Shown: positions 48,248-58,342 of the stretch, piece after piece
How the letters are laid out: each line of letters opens with the position of its first letter
Position numbering within the stretch: position 1 is the stretch's first letter
NCBI GenBank assembly: GCA_964230645.1
Contig: CAXRHT010000002.1
Coordinates: forward strand, 1,696,001-1,760,000
DNA length: 64,000 nt
Origin: Bdellovibrionales bacterium
Lineage (GTDB): Bacteria > Bdellovibrionota > Bdellovibrionia > Bdellovibrionales > JAGQZY01
Direction: 5' to 3'
The notes under the pieces: generated by a model
The model's input: the letters and a program-made list of their open reading frames with translations, nothing else
What the model was told of the DNA's origin: nothing
The model's database searches: none
Made by a program: the position numbers and the translations under genes

Positions 48248-48666
48248 TTGGAACCTCCATCAACAGGTATTCGATCCGACTTGTTCCTTTCTCCTTTAAT
48301 GGTAAGAGAAAAAAGAGACTTTCTAAACCATAAATCGGAGGATTTCTTTAATTAGTTGAATTTCATATAAAATACCCCACGGCAAGGGATGAAACACCCC
48401 TTCACCGCTTTTAACTTCACTTTTTTAGCGAACCGAATAAATCTCTAAAATTATTACACTATACATAAACTCAAAAATCACAATTAAAAGAAAATTGGTT
48501 TCGCCTTTTATCTTAAATCAACTTCTCAATTTAAGACGTAGAGCGTTTGACTATCGTCGAGGCGGACTGAGTTTAAGCACTTTTCCTGGCCAAACTCCCA
48601 GGCTTTACAGCTTCAAAGAGTTCAAACAGAATAGGACTACGATCCAATTACTTGAAAGGAGCCGTA

Positions 48667-49356
48667 ATGAATATAGTCGTACTCACTGGAGCGGGTATCT
48701 CCGCTGAATCAGGTATTAAAACCTTTCGAGATGAAAATGGTCTTTGGGAAGGCCATAGAGTGGAAGAAGTGGCTACTCCTGAGGCCTTTGCTAGTAACTC
48801 GAAACTTGTTTACGACTTTTATAATTTAAGGCGTGCTCAACTCCTTGACCCTAAACTCAAACCCAACGACGGCCATTTGGCTTTAGCTCGCCTTGAAGCA
48901 GCCTTTCCGGGCTCATTTACACTGGTCACTCAAAACGTCGACAATCTTCATGAAAGGGCGGGATGTAAAAATGTTCTCCATATGCATGGAGAGCTCCAAA
49001 AGATTCGTTGCCTTCAAAGTGGTGAATGTTACCAATGGACAGAAGAGCTAAATGAGAAAACACCCCATCCAAAGGGGCTTAACTCTCCTCTAAGACCCGA
49101 CATCGTATGGTTTGGGGAGATCCCCAAACATCTTGACCAAATAGAGCAGGATTTACTCAAAGCCGACCTTTTCATCTGCGCTGGCACCTCAGGTGTGGTC
49201 TATCCGGCAGCCGGGTTTGTTCAACTCACCCCAAGGGGCTGTAAGAAGATTGAGTTTAATTTAGAAGAGACCCCCATCAGCCGGCTTTTTGATGAAACGG
49301 TTCTGGGGGAAACAGGGAAGACACTACCCGATTTTGTGGACTCTCTTATTCCTTGA
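48667..49356 (+). CDS. cobB: NAD-dependent protein deacylase (sirtuin)
   Basis: GAGISAESG, TQNVDNLHERAG, HMHG, LRPDIVWFGE, GTSGVVYPAAG. Confidence 0.93.
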   Translation: MNIVVLTGAGISAESGIKTFRDENGLWEGHRVEEVATPEAFASNSKLVYDFYNLRRAQLLDPKLKPNDGHLALARLEAAFPGSFTLVTQNVDNLHERAGCKNVLHMHGELQKIRCLQSGECYQWTEELNEKTPHPKGLNSPLRPDIVWFGEIPKHLDQIEQDLLKADLFICAGTSGVVYPAAGFVQLTPRGCKKIEFNLEETPISRLFDETVLGETGKTLPDFVDSLIP

Positions 49357-50002
49357 TGACTAAATGATTTTTCAATTCGTTGGTATCATCAGCCTGAATG
49401 GGAAAGTGCTCACTTAGCATATCTGCACTCATCGCAATGGCCTCACAAAATCCCTCGGCCATATCTTTTTTCTTAATCCCACTGATCAAGCGCTCGACCA
49501 CTTCCTGCCAAACCTCAGGTTTAAGCTTTTTAGCAATAGCCTCGTCCCCTAAAACCACAGCTTGATGCTCCATGAGAGAAACGAAAATTAAAATGCCCGT
49601 AGCACCTTTCGTGTCTTTAATATTGAGTTCGTGAAACTCATTGATCGCACGCTGCTCGACCTGCATACGCTGATCAAGCTTTGAAGTCAGAAGCCTCTCC
49701 AAAAAAGGAAGAGGGGAAAGGATGCGAACCAATACTGCTAAAATAAGAAAATCGATCACTATAAGTAACCAATGGGGCAGATCAAAAAACTCCATCTGCC
49801 AGTAATCGCCATCAAAAACGAAAAATAATAAGGCAAATAAAAGCATTAAAATAACGGGGACATGCCCCACCGTGGAAGACTTTCTTACGATGACAGGAAC
49901 TAGCTCTCCACTGGTTTTTGTTTCGGCCTCTTTGATCTTATCTTCGATTCTTTTGAAACTATCATCATTTAAATAGGATTGGACCCAGTTTGCTAAAGAC
50001 AT
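49346..50002 (-). CDS. TPM domain membrane protein
   Basis: AETKTSGEL, TGILIFVSLMEH, DTNELKN; third gene of lemA-TPM-TPM operon. Confidence 0.88.
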   Translation of the reverse strand: MSLANWVQSYLNDDSFKRIEDKIKEAETKTSGELVPVIVRKSSTVGHVPVILMLLFALLFFVFDGDYWQMEFFDLPHWLLIVIDFLILAVLVRILSPLPFLERLLTSKLDQRMQVEQRAINEFHELNIKDTKGATGILIFVSLMEHQAVVLGDEAIAKKLKPEVWQEVVERLISGIKKKDMAEGFCEAIAMSADMLSEHFPIQADDTNELKNHLVIKE

Positions 50003-50817
50003 TACCAACCTCCTGAGGCGCCGCCACCACTAAAGCCGCCACCGCCGCCAAGGCCACCACCTCCGAAGCCGCCTCCGCCGCCGCCTCCAAAGCCACCGCG
50101 GTAACCTCTTCCTCCCATGCCTCCAAGCAAGAGAAGTGGGAGAAAGCCAGAGCGTCCACCAAAAAAGATGATGATAATCCAAATGAGAATTACAAGAAGG
50201 CTGCCACGACTGGATTTGCGCCCCTTGCCTTTTTGAAGAACTCTTTCGTCGATGTTCTCATAAAAGGCTTTAATGTTAGCTTCAGGAGCCGCTCTTTCGA
50301 GCATTTGGTAAGTGCCCACAAATATTGCGTTGGTGAAATCTCCCGATTTTAGTAAGGGAACCATGGTGTGATCGATAATGCGACGACTCTCAACATCGGT
50401 GAGGTTACCCTCAAGACCTTGCCCCACCTCTATACGAAGCTTGCGGTCTTTAATAGCTAACATTAATAAAAGACCTTTATCTTCTTTGGCCGAACCTAAC
50501 TGCCACTGATCGGTCACCTGGATTGAGGCCATTTCAATGGGTACATTGTTCAATGTTTCGACCGTTAAAACGGCCAACTCTATGTTGGTCTTCTTTTTAA
50601 TCTCATTGAGAATGCTGTTGAGTTGATTCTCAGCTCCCTTCGGGATCACATTGCCATAATCATTGATATGGCTTTTCAAAGCGGGAACTTTAAAATCTTG
50701 TCCCAAGGCCTTTATGCTAAAGCTCAGGGGTATCGCTAAGAAAACAAGAAGTCTGATTAAATAGCCAAGTCTATGAAATGAAACTTGAGACGACAACGAG
50801 ATATTAAAACTCCACAT
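50002..50817 (-). CDS. TPM domain protein (YgcG-like) with Gly-rich tail
   Basis: DRKLRIEVGQGLEG, GGGGFSGGGASGGW. Confidence 0.9.
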   Translation of the reverse strand: MWSFNISLSSQVSFHRLGYLIRLLVFLAIPLSFSIKALGQDFKVPALKSHINDYGNVIPKGAENQLNSILNEIKKKTNIELAVLTVETLNNVPIEMASIQVTDQWQLGSAKEDKGLLLMLAIKDRKLRIEVGQGLEGNLTDVESRRIIDHTMVPLLKSGDFTNAIFVGTYQMLERAAPEANIKAFYENIDERVLQKGKGRKSSRGSLLVILIWIIIIFFGGRSGFLPLLLLGGMGGRGYRGGFGGGGGGGFGGGGLGGGGGFSGGGASGGW

Positions 50818-51391
50818 CAGGAGCTTCTTCTACGTTCTCCCCTTCTTTGACATCCCATTGAGGCATTTTCTCGTAGTTAAAAAAAAGTGAATTGGTAAGA
50901 CTGGTGGGAAAAACAGTCACAAGATCATTAAAGCCTCGGATACTTTCGATATAGCGCTGCCGAGCGATCCCAATTCTATTTTCCGTGCCTTCAAGTTGAG
51001 CTTGCAGGTCCAGAAAGTTTTGATTGGATTTAAGATTCGGATATTTTTCAACCACCACCATAAGTCGACCGAGAGCTTGCCCTAGGGCCCCTTGGGCTTG
51101 TTGGTATTTTTGAATCTGCTCAGGAGAGGCTTTAGAAGGATCAATTGTCGTTTGTGTGGCTTTTGCTCTGGCTTCTACCACTTGAGTGAGTGTTTCTTTT
51201 TCTTGTTGAGCATAACCCTTAACGGTTTTTACCAGATTAGGAATGAGATCGGCTCTTCTTTTGTACTGATTGGTGATTTCGGCAAGCTTGGCTTCCACTT
51301 CGTTCTTCGCACGAGGTATGGACTGAACCCCGCAATTTGCCAAGGTCAGGCTGAGTCCTAAAAGTACAAATATTTTCACTAGGGCTTTCAT
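50804..51391 (-). CDS. lemA: LemA family protein
   Basis: YKRRADLIPNLV, YPNLKSNQNFLDLQAQLEGTENRI. Confidence 0.93.
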   Translation of the reverse strand: MKALVKIFVLLGLSLTLANCGVQSIPRAKNEVEAKLAEITNQYKRRADLIPNLVKTVKGYAQQEKETLTQVVEARAKATQTTIDPSKASPEQIQKYQQAQGALGQALGRLMVVVEKYPNLKSNQNFLDLQAQLEGTENRIGIARQRYIESIRGFNDLVTVFPTSLTNSLFFNYEKMPQWDVKEGENVEEAPDVEF

Positions 51392-51521
51392 AAAATCTCC
51401 TATTATGGAGACAAGACTGCCCTATTCCCTATTCCAAGGCAAGCTCTGAAGCTTTGCGATCATTTTGTGCAGCGATAGAAAGTGTTAAACCGTGAGCGAG
51501 AGAAGGGCGGCCCAGCCGCAA

Positions 51522-51974
51522 TTATTTGCAGCCTACCCGTCGAATTTTGGTTTTTCCTAAAACAGTGGTTGAACCTTGGGAGTCCCCCTCTTCGCTTCCT
51601 AAAACGGTGGCTCCCGTATTGCTAATGGCAAGTTTGGCTTTGCAGTGAAGCTCTATAACGGCTTTACCCAAAACATTGGTGTTTGATTTCAAACAGTACC
51701 AACCATTGGGATTAAGAAGCTTAATCGTGCTCTTTCCTAAAACATTGACTGAGGGTTTTAAAAAGACCAGATCCGGACTTTTGGTTCTCTTGGTGTCCTC
51801 AATGTCTTTACCTGCACCAAAAACATTCACTGATGTTGAGATCGTTCTATAATTTGGGTTGCTTGAATCAAAGGGGGTCTTTTTCCAATGTCTTAAACAA
51901 CTTTTCACGTGAGTGTCATTACTTCCAAAGGCAGCAATAGGCATAAAGAAAAACATTAAAACAAATACTCTCAT
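51522..51974 (-). CDS. Hypothetical secreted protein with repeated VNVLGK-like motif
   Basis: AAGGAG RBS, signal peptide; VNVFG, VNVLGK, TNVLGK, TVLGS, TVLGK. Confidence 0.75.
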   Translation of the reverse strand: MRVFVLMFFFMPIAAFGSNDTHVKSCLRHWKKTPFDSSNPNYRTISTSVNVFGAGKDIEDTKRTKSPDLVFLKPSVNVLGKSTIKLLNPNGWYCLKSNTNVLGKAVIELHCKAKLAISNTGATVLGSEEGDSQGSTTVLGKTKIRRVGCK

Positions 51975-52121
51975 CAGACACTCCTTGATTGGAAAGATTC
52001 CCATATTGTCTTTGTTAAAAGCTCATTATTATGGACCCGGGTGACGCTGACAATCCTTTATACATCATAACTAAAATCATTTTTTCCCACTCAATATTGA
52101 GATAAAATAGAATATTGGAGG

Positions 52122-52460
52122 TTGTTAGTGAGTGTTAAAAGCAAAATCAGTTATGAAGTTAATATCGTTGTGCCTAAAAGCCTGCAGGCGGCCTTTATAA
52201 AGTGGCTCGACGAGCATATCTCTGAAATGGAGGAGCTTGACGGTATCCTAGAAAAAGAAACAAAGGTTTTTGAGAACATTTATTTTGAAGATCAGGAAAA
52301 ATTAAGCCTTTCGGTTCACTATCAATTCGATTCGGAAGAGAGCCTCGAGCAATATTTGCAAAATGACGCTGATAAGATGCGGGGTAAGTTACCCGAGGAA
52401 TGGCGCAATCAATTGAATTTCACTCGACGTTTTTTAAAAAAGCTGGAACTTGATGTCTAA
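52122..52460 (+). CDS. DUF4286-like protein
   Basis: YEVN, WLDEHI, SLEQYLQNDADKMR, FTRRFL. Confidence 0.7.
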   Translation: MLVSVKSKISYEVNIVVPKSLQAAFIKWLDEHISEMEELDGILEKETKVFENIYFEDQEKLSLSVHYQFDSEESLEQYLQNDADKMRGKLPEEWRNQLNFTRRFLKKLELDV

Positions 52461-52466
52461 AAAATG

Positions 52467-52499
52467 AAAAGGCTCATCTGAGGGGTTCGATGAGCCTTT
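52467..52499. terminator. Putative bidirectional terminator
   Basis: AAAAGGCTCATC / GATGAGCCTTT stem. Confidence 0.7.
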
Positions 52500-52560
52500 G
52501 TGGAACGAAACATGGTTATAGGACGTGGTGAACACCACAATGTTTCGAGAAATGATACTG

Positions 52561-52689
52561 TTACTTATTACGAGGTCTTTTAATTTCTTCTTTGACCTTG
52601 TTCGGTTTCTGTTCGTTTCTTCCTTGAGTCTGTGACGGTGTTTGTTGTTGTCTTTGACCTTGTTTTTTATTTGTCTTTTCTCTAGCCAT
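52561..52689 (-). CDS. Unannotated 42-aa basic hydrophilic small protein
   Basis: GGAGG 4 nt before ATG; MAREKTNKKQGQRQQQTPSQTQGRNEQKPNKVKEEIKRPRNK*; terminator downstream. Confidence 0.6.
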   Translation of the reverse strand: MAREKTNKKQGQRQQQTPSQTQGRNEQKPNKVKEEIKRPRNK

Positions 52690-52920
52690 AAAACCTCCCG
52701 TGGTTGGCATGAATCAATCATAGCCAGAGCGAAGATTTCTTTGGTGTCCCGTCTGTGTAAAAATTGTGGATTAAAAAACAATATTGATTATATTAATGAT
52801 TTTAGTGGCTTAAAGATATTCCAAGAAATTTGGGTATGAACTTCCGACCATTCAGTTGGATGCAAAGAGCCATTAAAAATTCTTAAATCAACCGAATAAA
52901 GTTTGGCAAAATCAAAGAAT

Positions 52921-53622
52921 TTAAATGGAATAAATGGAAAAGATAAAATTAGAAGAGAGCTCTTTTTGAAAGGCCGCTCTTTTCACTCTTTTCGGGCTTA
53001 GACTCTGCAGGGAAACCATTGTTTTAGTTGTAAAACCGCAAGGATTAATTCCCTGGAAAGCCTCTTTGTCTTCAAATAAGTTGATGGCAATTCCGTGATG
53101 AGTGACCCATTTTTTACAGGCAATTCCAATGGAGGCAATTTTTTGATTGCCTACCCAGACACCTGTTGCCTCAGCCTCTTCGGTTTCCCCCACTTGCGTT
53201 TGCAAGCTGTGGCCTTGAGCATCCACTTCGTATTCACGAATGGTCATGATGGCCGCTTCCTCAAGAATGCGCATATACTCGTGCAAGCTTTTGGTTTTTT
53301 TGGGAATGTAGTTCGGTGTGTTGCCGCCAAGATCAATAATTGGGTACATCACCACTTGGTTGGGACCATGATAGGTGGCACGCCCCCCACGGTTAACCTC
53401 AACGGTCTCCCCTTTCCAGGAAAAAATATCTCCTTCGCGGGTTCCTCTCCCCACAGTCACAACAGGGGGATGGGAGCAGAAGACAATAGTCTCAGGACGG
53501 TCGCCTGAGATCACTTCTTGAACATATTGCTTTTGTTTTTCAAAAGCCTCCATGTAGGGGATTTCTCCCCAATCTTCCACTTCGGGAAAATTCACTGTAA
53601 AGCGATCGGAAGACTTTATCAT
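52921..53622 (-). CDS. lipB: Lipoyl(octanoyl) transferase LipB
   Basis: HPPVVTVG, RGGRATYHGPNQ, KIASIG, INPCG. Confidence 0.95.
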   Translation of the reverse strand: MIKSSDRFTVNFPEVEDWGEIPYMEAFEKQKQYVQEVISGDRPETIVFCSHPPVVTVGRGTREGDIFSWKGETVEVNRGGRATYHGPNQVVMYPIIDLGGNTPNYIPKKTKSLHEYMRILEEAAIMTIREYEVDAQGHSLQTQVGETEEAEATGVWVGNQKIASIGIACKKWVTHHGIAINLFEDKEAFQGINPCGFTTKTMVSLQSLSPKRVKRAAFQKELSSNFIFSIYSI

Positions 53623-53633
53623 CGACAAAACAA

Positions 53634-55049
53634 TTACCTCTTTTTCTGAACAATATGGACAGCGTGCCCGAGTGTGGCCTCAGCGGCTTCCATCATGGTT
53701 TCACCAAGAGTTGGGTGAGGGTGAATGGTTAGAGCAATATCCTCTAACGTCGCTCCCATTTCAATGGCTAAAGCCGCCTCTGAAATCAGGTTACTGGCCT
53801 CAGGCCCCACAATATGAACACCAAGAACAACATTTGTTTTTGCGTCAGCGATCATTTTTACAAAACCATCGGTCTCCATCATCGATACCGCTTTTCCGTT
53901 GGCACCAAATGGAAACTTTGAGATTTTTAAATCATCATAACCTTTATCTCGCGCTTCACTCTCAAGCATTCCTGCTGAAGCAATTTCGGGATCAGTAAAC
54001 ATGACCGCTGGTACCGTTTTCACGTCGTAAGCTCTATTTTTACCGGCAATCACTTCTGCGACTAGAATACCCTCGTGACTGGCTTTGTGAGCTAGCATGG
54101 GTTGGCAGGTGATATCACCAATGGCAAAAATATTGGATTGATTCGTTCTTCGCTGTGAATCTGTTTTAACAAACCCACGATCATCAAGCTCTAAACCAAT
54201 CTCTTTGATACCAAGCTGGTCTGAGTTGGGTTTTCTTCCTACTGTGACGAGAATTTTTTCGGCTTTAAATTTTTTCTCAGAACCGTCGACCTCAGCTGTG
54301 ACCTCAAGGTTCTTTCCTGATTTTTTATAGGACTGAGCTTTGGCTTTAAGGTGAACTTTGATGCCATCCTTTTTCAATTTTCTTGAAACCACTTGCGCCA
54401 CATCTTTTTCCACAACACCTTGAAGAAGATTATCTTGAGCTTCCAGGATATCGACTTCTGTACCGAGTTTAGAGAGGTAGGAGCCAATCTCAAGTCCGAT
54501 GTATCCCCCACCAATAACAAGAAGGCTTTTAGGCACTTTTTCAAGCGCTAAGGCTCCCGTTGATGAAAGGATATTTTTCTCATCATACTCAAAACCGGGG
54601 ATTTCAATAGGTCGCGATCCTGTGGCTATAATGTAGTTTTTGGCTTCAACAGACTTCGTAGAATCAGAACCTTTAACTTTTAGCTCTGTGGGTGAGGTAA
54701 ACTCCGCCTCTCCGGCAATGATATCAACACCATTGCCTTTCAAAAGCCCTTCCACTCCACCAGACATGCGATCACAAACGGACTGCTTCCAGTTTTTAAG
54801 CTTTTTCATATTCACTTTCACATCACCAGAGATCTCAAGTCCCATTTCAGCAGCATCGTGTTGCATACGGTGAAGTGTGTGAGCCGCACCAATCATGGCT
54901 TTTGAAGGAATGCATCCGATATTTAAACAAACGCCCCCCAATTTTTCTCGCTCTACAACAGCTGTCTTCAGACCCAGTTGAGCACAACGAATCGCCGCTA
55001 CATATCCACCAGGTCCCGATCCAATCACACAAACATCAAATTGACTCAC
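53634..55049 (-). CDS. lpdA: Dihydrolipoyl dehydrogenase
   Basis: GGVCLNIGCIPSK, HPHPTLGE. Confidence 0.96.
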   Translation of the reverse strand: MSQFDVCVIGSGPGGYVAAIRCAQLGLKTAVVEREKLGGVCLNIGCIPSKAMIGAAHTLHRMQHDAAEMGLEISGDVKVNMKKLKNWKQSVCDRMSGGVEGLLKGNGVDIIAGEAEFTSPTELKVKGSDSTKSVEAKNYIIATGSRPIEIPGFEYDEKNILSSTGALALEKVPKSLLVIGGGYIGLEIGSYLSKLGTEVDILEAQDNLLQGVVEKDVAQVVSRKLKKDGIKVHLKAKAQSYKKSGKNLEVTAEVDGSEKKFKAEKILVTVGRKPNSDQLGIKEIGLELDDRGFVKTDSQRRTNQSNIFAIGDITCQPMLAHKASHEGILVAEVIAGKNRAYDVKTVPAVMFTDPEIASAGMLESEARDKGYDDLKISKFPFGANGKAVSMMETDGFVKMIADAKTNVVLGVHIVGPEASNLISEAALAIEMGATLEDIALTIHPHPTLGETMMEAAEATLGHAVHIVQKKR

Positions 55050-55075
55050 AGTTTACCTATCCTTTTTTCTCACAA

Positions 55076-56467
55076 TTAAATCATATCCATCATTAAGCGA
55101 CCGGGACTTTCTATTCGAGCGATAAAGGCCGAAAGAAAGCGAGCCGCTTCCGCACCATCGATTAAGCGGTGATCACAAGTGACTGTAAAATTCATGAAGC
55201 TTGCCACATCAAGCTCACCGTCATTGATAATGGGACGCTCTTGGATTTTATACATTCCAAAAATAGCCACCTCGGGATGATTGATAATTGGTGTGGCATA
55301 AGTTCCACCCACACTTCCAATATTGGTAATTGTGAAGGTAGCCCCTTTCATCTCCTCTAAAGCGAGCTTGCCGTCTCTTGCGCGCTTGGCAAGATCGACA
55401 ATCTCTTGGCTTAATTGATAGATGGTTTTTTGGTCAGCATTCTTGATAACAGGAACAAATAGACCATTGGGCGTATCAGCCGCAAAACCTACATTAAAAT
55501 ACTTTTTGTAAACGATTTCCTGAGCGGCATCGTCGATCATGGCGTTGAACTTAGGGAACTCTCGCACTGTGGCCATAAGGGCTTTCATTACAAATGGCAT
55601 ATACGTAATTTTCACTCCCATTTTTTCGGCGACCGGTTTTAGCTCTGTACGCAACTCAATAAGAGAGGTTACGTTGGCTTCATCCATAAGGGTGAAGTGA
55701 GGAACCACTCTTTTTGCCATTTGCATATTCTCGGCAATCTTTTTACGGATCCCTTTAAGAGGCACACGCTCTTCGCCACCTGTTGTAAAGTTTTGAGGAG
55801 GAGTCCACATTTGTCCGCTCTGCTCTTTTGTGGTCGCAGCACCGGCAGCCACCGCTCCGCTTCCTTTTGCGTCCATAACATCATCACGAGTCACACGACC
55901 GGCAAGGCCTGTCCCCTTCACTTGATTGATATCAATGTTGGATTCACGCGCCAAACGACGAGTCGAAGGAGTGGCAAGTACATGCACATCTGCTGGTGGC
56001 GGATCTATCTTTTGCATACCACCAGAAGTTCCGCCACTGGCCGCAGGTTGAGTTGTACCTTGAGAGGGTTGTGATTGTTCGGAAGAACCATTTTGAGAGC
56101 TCTTTGAAGAGGACTCTTCTTTTTGGTCCTTGTCATTCTCTTCTTTCTTCTCTTTTTCATCAGAAGAAGATTTGGCTTCTTTTTTCTCTGAGTCCGAGTC
56201 CTCTTTTTCTTTAGAATCAGAAGACCCAGCGCCTTCTTCTACGGTGATTAAGGCCTGTCCCACTTCAATGGTGTCACCCTCAGAAAACTTGAGATCTTTT
56301 ACCGTTCCAGCCACAGGGGAAGGGACTTCCACAGTCGCCTTATCCGTCATAAGCTCCGCAATCGGTTGATCCACCTCAATGCTATCACCCGACTGAACAA
56401 GCCATGAAACCAATTCACCCTCATTCACGCCCTCACCAATTTCAGGTAACTCCACATTTTTTGCCAT
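55076..56467 (-). CDS. 2-oxoacid dehydrogenase E2 (dihydrolipoamide acyltransferase)
   Basis: Lipoyl domain TDKATVEVPSP, E3-binding ATPSTRRLARE, DHRLIDG. Confidence 0.93.
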   Translation of the reverse strand: MAKNVELPEIGEGVNEGELVSWLVQSGDSIEVDQPIAELMTDKATVEVPSPVAGTVKDLKFSEGDTIEVGQALITVEEGAGSSDSKEKEDSDSEKKEAKSSSDEKEKKEENDKDQKEESSSKSSQNGSSEQSQPSQGTTQPAASGGTSGGMQKIDPPPADVHVLATPSTRRLARESNIDINQVKGTGLAGRVTRDDVMDAKGSGAVAAGAATTKEQSGQMWTPPQNFTTGGEERVPLKGIRKKIAENMQMAKRVVPHFTLMDEANVTSLIELRTELKPVAEKMGVKITYMPFVMKALMATVREFPKFNAMIDDAAQEIVYKKYFNVGFAADTPNGLFVPVIKNADQKTIYQLSQEIVDLAKRARDGKLALEEMKGATFTITNIGSVGGTYATPIINHPEVAIFGMYKIQERPIINDGELDVASFMNFTVTCDHRLIDGAEAARFLSAFIARIESPGRLMMDMI

Positions 56468-56493
56468 ATTTATCTCCTCAATAATCCTCAGAT

Positions 56494-57414
56494 TTAAGCT
56501 TCAAGATTTTTATATTTTCCACGTTTCTTTTCAATAACACCCTTCATAAAAAACTCTCCGGCTTTGTAAGAGCTTCGTACCAATGGGCCACTGGCACAGT
56601 AAAGAAATCCCATATCGTCACACACCTTTTTCCAGTACTGGAATTTCTCTGGAGTGATGTATTCGATCACCTTTAAATGGCGCGGGCTTGGCTGCAGGTA
56701 TTGCCCAAACGTGACAATGTCACAGCCAATTTTCTTTAGATCCTGCAGACACTGCATGATTTCATCATCTCGCTCACCGAGACCAAGCATCAGGGATGTT
56801 TTGGTGTACATCTCTGGGTCACGTTTTTTAACCATTTCTAAAACATCAAGTGATTGCTGGTATGTGGCCCGGGGATCACGTACGGTGGGAGTGAGTCTTT
56901 CTACTGTTTCCACGTTATGGGCAAAAACATCCGGCTTTGAATCCACCACTCGATTAACGAGATTTACTTCCCCTTGAAAATCGGGGGTGAGAATTTCAAC
57001 AATCAAATTGGGATCATTCTTCTTGATGGTTTCAACGGTGCGACCAAAGTGGTCTGCACCCTGGTCTTCCATATCATCACGGTTCACACTGGTTATAACG
57101 ACATAGGTTAATCCCATTTGCGCGATAGAAAAACCAACCTTCTCAGGCTCCCTGGAATCGATCTTTCCTTTGGGATTTCCTGTTTTAACATTACAGAATC
57201 GACAACCACGGGTACAGACTTCGCCCATCAACATAAAGGTCGCTGTTCCACCAGCCCAGCACTCGCCCATATTCGGACAACGGGCCTCTTGGCAGACGGT
57301 GGCCAGGTTCAGTTTTCCAAGCATATCTTTGATACGATTGTAGTCCTGACCGCTGGGTGCTTTTACCTTTAACCACGAGGGTTTAGGGGCTTTTTTCATA
57401 GAGCTACATGACAT
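56494..57414 (-). CDS. lipA: Lipoyl synthase (start may be 57399)
   Basis: CQEARCPNMGEC, CTRGCRFC, VRSSY. Confidence 0.96.
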   Translation of the reverse strand: MSCSSMKKAPKPSWLKVKAPSGQDYNRIKDMLGKLNLATVCQEARCPNMGECWAGGTATFMLMGEVCTRGCRFCNVKTGNPKGKIDSREPEKVGFSIAQMGLTYVVITSVNRDDMEDQGADHFGRTVETIKKNDPNLIVEILTPDFQGEVNLVNRVVDSKPDVFAHNVETVERLTPTVRDPRATYQQSLDVLEMVKKRDPEMYTKTSLMLGLGERDDEIMQCLQDLKKIGCDIVTFGQYLQPSPRHLKVIEYITPEKFQYWKKVCDDMGFLYCASGPLVRSSYKAGEFFMKGVIEKKRGKYKNLEA

Positions 57415-57604
57415 GCCCCCTTTTAAACCTAAGACCTCGAATTGTCTATGCTTTGCGGCATTATTTCCACACCTTGGCAGAGTCGCGATTGAGTTACTCT
57501 AAACGCAATATATTCGATCTGAGCGTCTAGGCAGTCATTCCGAAGGGCTTCTTGTCAGCTCTAAATTTCCAGGCCATAACCTATACCATCCCATGGAGGC
57601 CACG

Positions 57605-58342
57605 ATGAAGTTTGCAGAACCCCTAAGCCAAGGTGTTTTCAAAAAACGTTACAAACGCTTTTTTACCGATATCGAATACGAAGGCGAAATCCTAACGGCT
57701 CACTGCCCGAATACAGGAAGCATGATGGGTCTAAAAGATCCCGACCAACTCTGCCGCTTTTCTCATGTGGATGATCCCAATCGAAAATTAAAATACACCC
57801 TACAAATGGTAAAAACGAAAACCAGCTGGGTGGGCGTGAATACCGCGCTCCCCAACAAGCTTGTGGCCGAACTTTTTGAAAAAGCCCCACTTCCCCACTG
57901 GAAAAAATTTGATTCTCTACAATCGGAAGTGAAAATTAAAGATAAAACTCGAATTGATCTAGTTCTATGGAACTCAAAGGACCATGAGGTCAAAAAGTGG
58001 AATCACAAAAACCTAACCGCCCCCCTTCACCTCATTGAGGTTAAAAATGTGACTCTGGGTGAAGAAGGCATCGCGTATTTCCCGGACGCAGTCACTTCAC
58101 GAGGGCTCAAACACCTCGAAGATCTTATCGAAATGCAGGGTAATGGCTTTAGTTGTGAGATGCTTTACGTCGTGCAAAGAACGGATTGTGATGTTTTTAA
58201 GCCGGCTCATCATATCGACCCCGTTTATAGTGAAAAGCTTAAAGAGGCCAAAGACGCCGGAGTTAAAATCACAGCCCTTCCCTGTAAATTGACTCCAAGT
58301 TCTGTCACTTTGCTAAGCGAAAAACTCAAAGTCTCTTTATGA
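57605..58342 (+). CDS. sfsA: DNA/RNA nuclease SfsA
   Basis: RYKRFF, HCPNTGSM, IEVKNVT, FPDAVTSRGLKHL. Confidence 0.93.
   Translation: MKFAEPLSQGVFKKRYKRFFTDIEYEGEILTAHCPNTGSMMGLKDPDQLCRFSHVDDPNRKLKYTLQMVKTKTSWVGVNTALPNKLVAELFEKAPLPHWKKFDSLQSEVKIKDKTRIDLVLWNSKDHEVKKWNHKNLTAPLHLIEVKNVTLGEEGIAYFPDAVTSRGLKHLEDLIEMQGNGFSCEMLYVVQRTDCDVFKPAHHIDPVYSEKLKEAKDAGVKITALPCKLTPSSVTLLSEKLKVSL

Noticed and set aside
48495..48707. 70-aa ORF upstream of cobB
   Set aside because: TTG start without RBS, no recognisable motif, overlaps the cobB start
50005..50120. GC-rich (CCG/CCA)n repeat
   Set aside because: Encodes the ordinary Gly-rich tail of TPM-domain proteins
52434..52781. 115-aa minus-strand ORF from the track
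   Set aside because: No RBS and it runs through a terminator; the alternative frame 52561-52689 has GGAGG and fits better
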